Source: the human T2T-CHM13v2.0 reference genome, Homo sapiens
Reading direction: 5' to 3' (one strand)
Length of the DNA stretch: 64,000 bases
Assembly (NCBI RefSeq): GCF_009914755.1
Contig: NC_060947.1
Shown here piece after piece: positions 14,726 to 25,011 of the stretch. The notes beneath the pieces were generated by a model, which had not been told where the DNA came from, made no database searches, and saw only the letters and a program-made list of their open reading frames with translations. Position 1 is the stretch's first letter. Each line of letters begins with the position of its first letter. The position numbers were made by a program, and so were the translations under genes.

Positions 14726-15242
14726 TTATTTTTCATCTGCATCTCCTCTTTATTGAAGTATCTATTTAATTATTTGATTCATTTATACTGGGTTATTTGT
14801 TTTGTCATTATTGAGCTCTGAGAACTTGATTTTCATATTCTGGATGCAGATCCTTTATAATCCATGAGTTTGCAAACACTTTATCTCCATATATGGCTTC
14901 TCTTTTTATTCTATCAACAATGTCTTTCAAAGAGAAGTCATTTTTAATTTTGATAATGCCCAATTTGTCATTGTATCTTCTAACAGATAATGCTATTGGT
15001 GTCATATATGAAAATCCTTTGCATAATTCAAGATAAGAAAAACTTTTTCTGTTATATTTTAGAAGTTTTATGGTTTAAGTTTACATTTATAACTATGATT
15101 TATTTCAAGTTAATTTTTGTATATGCTATAAGGTGACGGTCAAGGTTTATATTTTTCATACAAATATTCCAGAATCACTATTTGTATGTAAAAAAGGTAT
15201 TCATCTGAGGTTCCTTTGCACCTTTGTCAAAAACAGTTGCCT
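14726..15242 (-). mobile_element. Old L1M (L1MC/MD-like) ORF2 fragment
   Basis: ATATTCTGGATGCAGATCCTTTA, TTTTTAATTTTGATAATGCCCAATTTGTCA, CACCTTTGTCAAAAACAGTTG. Confidence 0.7.
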
Positions 15243-17080
15243 GATCAGCAAGATGACAGACTAAGTAGCTCCAGGTCTTTATTCCCCCTACAGAGGCACC
15301 AGGATAACAACTAAATGTAGACAAGAATACCTTTTTGAGAATTCTAGAAAACAGCTGAAAAGCTAAGGCACACAAGTTGACACAAAACTAACAAGAAATT
15401 TTAGTGAAAGGGGTAGAAAACTTTACAACTGGAAGGAAATCTCCCATACTAGGGCCCATCTTTCAGGATGAAAACAAAAGAGTGGACCATGTATCCAATG
15501 TTCTGGTTTGTCTAGGGATTACTAGAGTGATTGCTTTTTATTTTGCCTGACACAGTACTGAATAGATTGGAGACCTAGTTTGGGAGTCATTGAAAACAGT
15601 TGCGCACCCAGCAGGTTAGGACTGCAGCTCCTCAGGCAAACACCAGAGGGAGCAAGAGATTACACCAGAAGAAGCAAGGGCAGACAGTTCAGGAAATTTG
15701 AGTCTGTTAAAATCACATGCACAAGCCCAAAAATGACACATTTTCAGAAAATATTTGAGAGTTCATAGAACCTCTAACAGGCTGATTAGCGAATGTTGTC
15801 CCCTGTACAAAGCTATACTTTAAATACTGGGAGAGATGGTGGTTTTCTAATGCCCAAATCTCAACAAAAGATTATAAGGTATACAAAAAAAAAAAAAAAA
15901 AACAAAAAACAAAAAACAGGAAAACATGGATCAATGAAAGGAACAAAATAAAACTCAAGAAACCTACCTAAAGAAATGCAGCTCTATGAGCTACCTCACA
16001 ATAGATGTAAAATAACTGTGTTAAAGATGCTTGACAAGGTAAAAGAAAACATTTTTTTTGAGTTAATATACATTATATGTAGGCTGTATTTTTTTAATTT
16101 TATTATTATTATACTTTAAGTTTTAGGGTACATGTGCACAATGTGCAGGTTAGTTACATATGTATACATGTGTCATGCTGGTGTGCTGCACCTATTAACT
16201 CGTCATTTAGCATTAGGTATATCTCCTAATGCTATCCCTCCCCCCTCCCCCCACCCCACAACAGTCCCCAGAGTGTGATGTTCCCCTTCCTGTGTCCATG
16301 TGTTCTCATTGTTCAATTCCCACCTATGAGTGAGAACATGCGGGGTTTGGTTTTTTGTCCTTGCAATAGTTTACTGAGAATGATGATTTCCAATTTCATC
16401 CATGTCCCTACAAAGGACATGAACTCATCAGTTTTTATGGCTGCATAGTATTCCATGGTGTATATGTGCCACATTTTCTTAATCCAGTCTATCATTGTTG
16501 GACATTTGGGTTGGTTCCAAGTCTTTGCTATTGTGAATAGAGCCACAATAAACATATGTGTGCATGTGTCTTTATAGCAGCATGATTTATAGTCCTTTGG
16601 GTATATACCCAGTAATGGGATGGCTGGGTCAAATGGTATTTCTAGCTCTAGATCCCTGAGGAATCGCCACACTGACTTCCACAATGGTTGAACTAGTTTA
16701 CAGTCCCACCAACAGTGTAAAAGTGTTCCTATTTCTCCACATCCTCTCCAGCACCTGTTGTTTCCTGACTTTTTAATGATCGCCATTCTAACTGGTGTGA
16801 GATGGTATCTCATTGTGGTTTTGATTTGCATTTCTCTGATGGCCAGTGATGGTGAGCATTTTTTCATGTGTTTTTTGGCTGCATAAATGTCTTCTTTTGA
16901 GAAGTGTCTGTTCATGTCCTTTGCCCACTTTTTGATGGGGTTGTTTTTTTCTTGTAAATTTGAGTTCATTGTAGATTCTGGATATTAGCCCTTTGTCAGA
17001 TGAGAGAAATCTAAATAAGATCATATAAAGAATGCAAAAGCCAAAATTACAATAACCGACAAAGAGATGGAAACTATCAG
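15243..17080 (+). mobile_element. L1M (L1M4/L1MB-type) 5' UTR and ORF1 start, split by an L1PA2/3 insertion at 16052-17004
   Basis: CAGCAAGATGACAGACTAAGTAGCTCC start; CAGGAAAACATGGATCAATGAAAGGAACAAAATAAA...AAAGATGCTTGACAAGGTAAAAGAAAACA continues after the insertion as AGAAATCTAAATAAGATC...ACAAAGAGATGGAAACTAT. Confidence 0.65.
16052..17004 (-). mobile_element. 5'-truncated young L1PA2/L1PA3 with a double tail
   Basis: Near-consensus 3' UTR with ACAGTCCCCAGAGTGTG, AGTTTACTGAGAATGATGATTTCCAATTT; ORF 16313-16969 is the ORF2 C-terminus; T tracts at 16089-16095 and 16052-16059. Confidence 0.96.
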
Positions 17081-17084
17081 TGCA

Positions 17085-18384
17085 TGGTGGTGGGCTATGA
17101 GATAGTCTTTCTTTCCTCAACAAAGATAAACAATGTGGCAACTATTCATGAAGAAAAATAAATCTGAAAGTGCAGAGGACCCACTTAAAAGATTGTTTTA
17201 AAGAAACTCAGCAAGTTACAAGAGAACATGTATAAAAAACTTAATAAAATCAGGAAATCAATACAAAAACAAAATGAGAAACTAAACAAAGAGATTACAA
17301 ATATTAATATTTTTTAAAAAGCAGAAATTTGGGGGCTGAAGGAGAAAATGGCTGAATTAAAATTGCAATAGACAGCTTTAACAGAAGACTAGATTTAGCA
17401 GAAGAAATAATAAACAAACTCAAGGAAATGTCATTTGAAATCATTTAGTCAGAGGATAAAATAAAAAGAATTGAAGAAAATCTACAGGGTTTATGGCACA
17501 CCATCAAGAGAGCAAACATTCCAATAATAATATGTTTTTCCCCTTGATATCCATGTGAAATTGGCTTCAGAATGCCTCAGAGATACTGAATCCTATGGAT
17601 GCTTAAGTCTCTTATATAAGATATTATAGTATTTGCCTATAACCTGAGCACATTGTCCCATATACTTTAAATCATCTTTAGAATACTTACAATACCTAAC
17701 ACTATGTAAATGTCATACAAACACTTGCTGTACTGTATTTTTTTATTTTTTATTGATGTATTGTTATTTTTCCTTTTTTTAAATATTTTTTGTCCATGAT
17801 TGGTTGAATATGTTGATGTAGCACCTGCAAATATAGAGAGCTAACTGTATTTACATGAGGAGAAGAGAGATAATTTGTACCAGAAAGCTTATTTAAAGGA
17901 ATAATAGCTGAAAACTTCCCAAATCTGGGACATGATGTAAATATCTAGGTATAGGAAGCTCAGAATTCTCCAATAAAATTTAACCCAAAGAAGAGTTCAC
18001 TAAGACATATTATAATGAAGCTATCAAAATCCAGAGACAGATAAGAATTCTGAAAGCACCAAGAGAATATAAGCATATCAAATATTAAGGGAGCACCAAT
18101 ATGACTATTGGAGGATTTCTCTGCAGAAACCTTGTAGGCCAAGAAATTGTAAGAATGTGCTAAAAGCAAAACAAGACTGTAAACCAAGAATACTTTGAAC
18201 GGCAAAGCTGTTTTACAGAAATGAGGGAGAAATAAAGAATTTTTCAGACAAAAACAAAACAAAACAAAACAAAAAAACAGCTAAAGGATTTTATCACCAC
18301 CAGTCCTGCCTTATAGGAAATGACAAAAGAAGCTATTTTTCTGCAAGAAAATAATTACTAATTAGTTCCATGAAAACAGGAAAG
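17085..18384 (+). mobile_element. L1M (L1MA-type) 5'/ORF1 fragment, interrupted by MER2
   Basis: AAGAAACTCAGCAAGTTACAAGAGAAC..., GAATAATAGCTGAAAACTTCCCAAATCTGGG, ATTTCTCTGCAGAAACCTTGTAGGCCAAGA (ORF1 motifs ENFPNL, FSAETL). Confidence 0.8.
17531..17847 (+). mobile_element. MER2 (Tigger/TcMar non-autonomous DNA transposon)
   Basis: GGATGCTTAAGTCTCTTATATAA...GTATTTGCCTATAACCT...TATACTTTAAATCATCTTTAGA...TTGGTTGAAT...ATAGAGAGCTAACTG followed by TA. Confidence 0.88.
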
Positions 18385-21300
18385 TTTGTTCTCAGATGCA
18401 TAATTTGCAAATATTCTCTTTCATTCTGTAGGTTGACTCTTTATTTGGTTGATTATTTATTTCGCTGTGCAGAAGCTTTTCAGTTTAATGAAGTCTCATT
18501 TCTCTACTTTTGTTTTCATTGCATTTGCTTTTGAGATCTCAGCCATAAATTCTTGTCCTAGGCCAGTGTTGGGAAGAGTTTTTTCTAGGTTTTCTTCAAG
18601 AAATTTTAGTTTCAGATCTTACATTTAAGTCATTATTCCATTTTGAGTTTAATTTTGTATATGATGAGAGATAGAGATCCACTTTTATTCTTTTGCCTAT
18701 GACTATCCAACTTTTCAAACACCATATATTAAATAGGGTATCCTTTCTCCATTGTTTTTGCCTACTTTGTCAAAGATACGTTAAGGGAAGGTGTGAGGCA
18801 TTATTTCTGAGGTCTCTATTCTGTTCCAGTGATCTATGTATCTATTTTTATATCAGTAGCATGCAGGGTTTTTTTGGTGGTGTGGTGGTGTTGCTTTTTT
18901 TTTTTTTTTTTTTTTTTTTTTTGGAGACAGAGTCTCACTCTGTCGCCCAGGCTGGAGTGCAGTGGCATGATCTCAGCTCACTGCAAGCTCTGCCTCCCGG
19001 GTTCACACCATTCTCCTGCCTCAGCCTCCGAGTAGCTAGGACTACAGGCGCCTGCCCCCACGCCCGGGTAATTTTTTTGTATTTTTAGTAGAGACGGGGT
19101 TTCACCATGTTAACCAGGATGGTCTCAATCTCCTGACCTCGTGATCCGCCCGCCTCGGCCTCCCAAAGTGCTGGGATAACAGGTGTGAGCCACCGCACCC
19201 AGCCGCATGCTGTTTTGATTACTATACGCTTGTGATATAATTTGAAGTCAAATAATGTGATGCCTCTGGCTTTGTTCTTTTTGCTTAATACTGATTCGGC
19301 TATATCAGCTCTTTTTTGGTTCCCTATAAATTTGAGAATAATTCTTTTCTGATTTTGTAAAAAATGACACTGGTATTTTGATAGCAATTGCATTGAATCT
19401 GTACATTACTTTCGGCAGCTTGGTCATTTTAACCATATTGATTCTTCTAATCCATGAGCATGAGATGTTTTCCTCTCTGTTTATATGATGTATTATTTCT
19501 TTGTTTGGTTTTTTATAGTTTTTCTTTTAGAGATGTTTTACCTCTTACATTAATTGTACTGTGAGGTGTTTTCGATTTTTTGCAGCTGTTGTAAATGGGA
19601 CTGATTCCTTGATTTGAATCTCAGCCTGGTAGTTATTGGTGTATAGAAATGCTACTAATTTTGTATGTTGATTTTGTATCTGAGACTTTACTTAATTCAT
19701 TTATCAAATTCAGGAGTCTTGTGAGGATTCTTTAGAGTTTTCTAAGATCATATCAGCCAAAACAAATCTTTCATTTTCTTTCCATTTAGATGCATTTTTT
19801 TTTTCTTTCTCTTGTCAAATAGTTCTGGCTAGGACTTCCAGTACTATGTTGCATAGGAGTGGTGAAAGTGGATAGCCTTTTCTTGTTCCAATTCTTAGTG
19901 GAAATGCTTTCAACTATTCTCCATTCAGTATAATGTTGGCTGTGAGTTTTCATATATTGATTTTATTCTTATCAGGTATGTTCATTCTATGCTGACTTGT
20001 TTTGGGTATTTATTATGAAAGAATGTTAAATTATATCTGATGCTTTTCTGCATCAATTGAGATGACCACACATTTTTTTTTCAGTGCTGTTTATGTGGTA
20101 AATTATTTATTGACTTATGAATGTTGAACCATCCTCACATGCCTGGAATAAAATCCATGAGATCATGGTATTTTATGTTTTCAACAGGTTTTTGGATTTG
20201 GTTTGCTAGACCTTGTTGATAATTTTTGCAACTATCCTCATCAGGGATATTGATCTTTAATTTTCTTTTTAGTTGTGTCCTTTACTGGTTTTGGTACCAA
20301 GGTGATATTGGCTTCATATAATGAGTGAGGGATGATGTCCTCCTCCTCAATTTTTTGGAAAAGTTTCAGTAGGATTGGTACAAGTTCTTTGCATGTCTGG
20401 AAGAATTCATATATTCCCAAGTACATGAAAACATGTGAATACATGTACTCATGAGTAGTGGGATTGAATCAGTAATAAAAAATCTCCCAACAAAGAAAAG
20501 CCTGGGAGTATGTTGTTGGGTGATTTTTTATTACTTATTAAATCTCACTAGTCACTATTCATTATTGGCCTTTTCAGCGTTTCTATGTATTCCTAATTTA
20601 ATCTTAGCAGGTTGTATGTTTTCAGGAATTTATTCGTTTTCTTTGTTTTCTTGTTTGTGAGTGCAGAGAATTTCATAGTAGTCTCTAATGATCTTTTGTA
20701 TTTCTGTGTAATCAGTTGTCATGTCTCCTTTTTATGTTTATTTGTATATTCTCTCTTCTGTATTTTCATTAGTCTAGTGTTTTATCAATTTTGTATTTTT
20801 TAATGAAGCGAATTTTTGTCTATTTATATTATGTATTGTATTTTTATATCAATTTTTCTTTATTTCATTTCTGCTGTTTGTGATTTCTTTTCTTTTACTA
20901 GCTTTGGGTTTGGTTTGATTTTCTTTTTCCAGTTCTTTGGAGTGCAATGTTAGAGTTATAATTTCTGGTTTTTCTCTCCTTTTAATGTAGGAATTTAATG
21001 CTATAAACTCTCCCTGTTAGCACTGTTTTTGGTGTATTTCAGAGGTTTTGGTATGTTGTGTCTATTTTTATGCTTTTCAAAACACTTTTTAATTTCCATC
21101 TTAATTTCATATGGACACAAAGATCATTCATGGTAAGGTTTACTGTCATGTATTTTATAGTTTTAAGACTTTCTCTCGGTATTTACTTCTAGTTTTATTC
21201 CACCATAGTGCAAGAAGACACTCGATGTGATTTTGATTTTTCAGAATTTATTGTCACTATTTTTTGGGAGTATCATATGGTCTATTTTGCAAAATGTTCC

Positions 21301-24300
21301 ATGCACTAATGAGAATTATATTCTGCATTTGTTTAATAGGATGTTCTGTAAATTTGTTAGATTAAATTAAGTTAAATTAAATTGATCTGGAGTCCAATTT
21401 AATCTAGTATTTCTTTGTTGATATTCTGCCTCTGTTTTTCTAGTGTGTCAGTGGGCTGTTGAAGTCCCCCACTATTAGTGTATTGATGTCTATATCTTTT
21501 CCTAGGTCCACTAGTACTTCTATGAATCTGAGTGCTCCAGTGTTGGGTACACGTATATTTAGGATTTTTATATTTTCTTGTTGAATGGATTAATTTATCA
21601 TTATATAATAACCTTGTCTTTTTTTACTGTTGTTGATATAAAGTCTGTTTTATCAGATGAAAGTGTAGCTACTCCTGCTCTCTTTTGTATTGTTATGTTT
21701 TTCACCACTTTACCACGCATCTATGAACATCTTTACCAGTTAGATGTATTTTTTTTTTGTAAAGAGAATATGGTTGAATCCTATTTTTTAGTCCATTCTG
21801 TTAGTTTATATCTTTTAAGTTGGGTATTGATTTAATTTGTGTTCTAAGTTCACATTGACATGTAAGGTTTGGTTCCTGTCATGATGTTAACTGTTACCTA
21901 GTTACTTTGTAGCCTTAATTGTATAATTGTTTTATAAGATCTGTGAGTTTTATACTTTTATGTGTTTTGATGATGGTTAATATAGACTTTTCAGTTCCAT
22001 GTTTAGAAGTCCCTTGAGCACTTCTTGTAGGACCAGTGTAGTGCTTTTAAATTCCCTTAGCATTTGTATGTCTGGAAAATATTTCATTTTATTTTATTTT
22101 TTCATTTGTAAGGTTATAGTAGGATACAAAATTCATGGTTGGCTTTTTACAAAGTCTAAAAAGATACCTCAATCTTTTCTGGATTGTAAGTTTTCTGATG
22201 CAAAATGTGCTGTTAATCTAGTGGGATTTCCTTTATTTGTAATTAGACAATTTTCTCTTGCAGTAAGTCCATCTTGCAATGTATCTTACTCAAGTTCTCT
22301 GAGGTTCTTGATTTTTTTCCCTTCATTTTTGTTTCAGTTAATTTGAAAAACCTGTCTTCAAGTGCGCCAAGATTCTTTCACTTGATCTGTTGTTAAGACT
22401 TGCACCTGTATTTTGTAATTCCTTTAATCTTTTTTATTTCCAGAAGTGTTATTTTTTAAATAAATATCTATCTCAGTAAATTTTCCATTTAAATTCTGAT
22501 TTTTTTATTTGTTTGTGTTGGTTTGGGGCTTCTTAATATTCAATGTCTCAAATTCTTTATTTGGTATTTCAAAGATTTTATTATGGCTAGAATCCATTGT
22601 TACAGACAGTGTGATTCTTTGTCAGTGTTTTAACACTGGTTTCTGTACTTCCAGAATGGCTTAACTTATTTATCCTCACCTTGATCAACTATCTCTTCTT
22701 ATTATTGTTGAATTTACTTGCATTTGGTCTTGTTTTTTTCTCCTTGAGAATGTGACTCTAACATACTTTGCACAGGGTCATCCGGCTCTGGTTCTGGGTC
22801 TTTTCAGAGGCAAAAACTCTCTCTGAGTTTCTTGATTAAAGATAGCATATATTTGGTGGCTTTCTCAATAGCTGCTTTTAGTAGCAATACACCAAGTATA
22901 GGAGCAGCCCCACAGTCTCCTGCAAGGCCAGGATGGTTAGAAGTCTCAGGAAGCTTATCTCATTCCCCAGTACTGTGTATTTGTGTCAGCAGATTTTTTG
23001 TTGGGATATGTAGTTCAACCTCCAGGCCAGTAGGTAGGGGTTACAGGTAAGACCCAGTTGTGGCAGAAGCAAATGTGTATGTGCTTGATCTTTGTTTACC
23101 AGTAGAAGCTCTCTGTTGCTTTATGCTATAGGCTGATTTGTGAAATGCAAAGTGGTGTGAGCTCCCTGCTCACCTCCTGAGGGGCACATAAATCTGGGTG
23201 GAGTTGCACTGCCAAGTCCGCCCTTGGATACCTAAATTGTAAGCAAATCACCTGCTGTTATGGGGGTAGTGCAAGGATCTCCTGGTGAAATGCACCTAGG
23301 TCTCCACAGCTGATGGAGGCAGCTGCAACAGCACCACTCCTTGGGCAGGCTGGAAAGCAATATGCTTCCCTATTATGCCCCGTCCCAGCATTCAGGACAC
23401 TCAGATTGGACAGACACCATTGTCTATCTCCAGGCTGCAGTGTATCCAAGAGCCATGAAAGATGCCTGCTCCACAGCTCATCAACATAATGTCTTTGACA
23501 TGGAACATCCTTCCTCAGCCTAAAACAAACAGCTTTGTGGCTCTTCTGTTCTCCACTGCAGGAACATTGCTGCTCAAAAAAGAGAGGGATAGAGCTACAC
23601 TTTTCATGCAAGATCTGGCCTAGTGGATACACTGCCAATGTGGACACAGCTGCCCCTAATAGCCTTATTATAGCCATCCTCTGTTCTGTCTATGCCAACC
23701 TCCTGCAGAAGCAACCACAGCTGTGTCTGTGGCAGTGTAGGGGGAGGTGAAGTCCCTCTTTCTATGTATGTCCATGCCTGAGCACTGAGGCCACCTGGCT
23801 GCTGAGATGAAACCATGCTCCTCTCTTGTGAAGCAGAGTATAGTTCCCAGGTCTCTGCTGAGAGTGGTGCAATCACTCTCAATCAGCTAGAGGGGTACTC
23901 TTGGGCACAGCAATCTATATGCTCTGATCTCCTTTTTCCTAGAGGGTGCCCACTTGGTGAACTGCACTATTCATTCCCGTAGGATCAGCACTCCCCAAGG
24001 GCTAGACTACTGAGTACCTTGAAGCTCCTCTGGGTCCAGCCAACCACTGGGGTTGCTGCAACCCAAGAAAGTCTTGAGGAATGTCTGCAGGGGCTGCGAT
24101 GATGTGAAAACACAAGGACTGATGTTCCCCAGGCAGGACACTGTCCCACAATAGGTGCACCACAAGTATGGCACCAACCACTGCAGCTCAGGTCTGCTGG
24201 GAGAATGAATGATTGTTTTGTAATCTGGTAGTCCTGTGTAATGCCCTCAGGAAGTTCCCAAATTACCATAGACACCAGTGCCCAAATTTGGGAGGGCAGA

Positions 24301-24578
24301 GGAGCTCTGTTACAGTCCAGATACTGGTGGTCTGCTGCAGGTGTAAAGGGAGCAAAAAACACACTCACCTACCCTTTCGACAAAATACCAAGTCCCTTGA
24401 GGCTACTAGCTGATTTCTGCCAATCTCTGTTTTCTTCTTTTTCTGTACCCTGGCTTCTTCTCATGTGTTTTTCACACCTTTCCCTTGATATTCTATTCAA
24501 GGTGTAATTATTCACCTGCAACTTTGTGGTTCTTTCTGAGAACTGGCATTTGGCATCTCTAGGCAGCCATCTTGAAAC
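18385..24578 (-). mobile_element. Near full-length old L1 (L1PB4/L1MA-type) lacking its 3' end: 5' UTR, ORF1, most of ORF2
   Basis: Continuous antisense ORF2 18385-~21750, ORF1 ~21990-22600, long GC-richer 5' UTR ending CTAGGCAGCCATCTTG at 24574. Confidence 0.85.
18869..19204 (-). mobile_element. AluY-like SINE with compound tail
   Basis: GCAAGCTCTGCCTCCCGGGTTCACACCATTCTCC, CCAGGATGGTCTC, GACCTCGTGATCC; T28 at 18895-18922; degenerate TSD starting GCATGC at 18859 and 19205. Confidence 0.96.
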
Positions 24579-24584
24579 AAAGGA

Positions 24585-25011
24585 TTAAGACATATATTTA
24601 TCATGAGGAATTGTGTCATGTAATTATCAAGGATGAAAAGTCCCTCAGTCTAGCATCTGCAAGCTAGATACACAGGAATGTTCACAATGTAATTTAGTCT
24701 GGATCCAAATGCCTGAAAACCAGGGGAATTGATAGTGTAAACCCTATCCTGAGTGCAGAAGATAAGATATTCCAGTTCAGTTAGGCAGAAAATAAGGGAG
24801 GTAAATTCTTTCTTACTTTTGCCTTTTGTTCTATTCAGGCCCTCAACAGATGAGATGATGCCAACCCACATGAGAAAAGCAAACTGCTTTACTGAGTTCA
24901 TCAACTCAAATGCTAACCTTGTTCAGAAATAACCTCACAGACACAAACAGAAACAATGTTTAGTCTGGGCACACCAAGGTCCCCTCAAATTGACACATAA
25001 AATTAATCACA
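24585..25011 (-). mobile_element. MLT2 (MLT2D-like) LTR, 3' end truncated
   Basis: TTTATCATGAGGAATTG...GTTCTATTCAGGCCCTCAACAGATGAGATGATGCC...AATTGACACATAAAATTAATCACA; homologous to 5060-5466. Confidence 0.88.
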
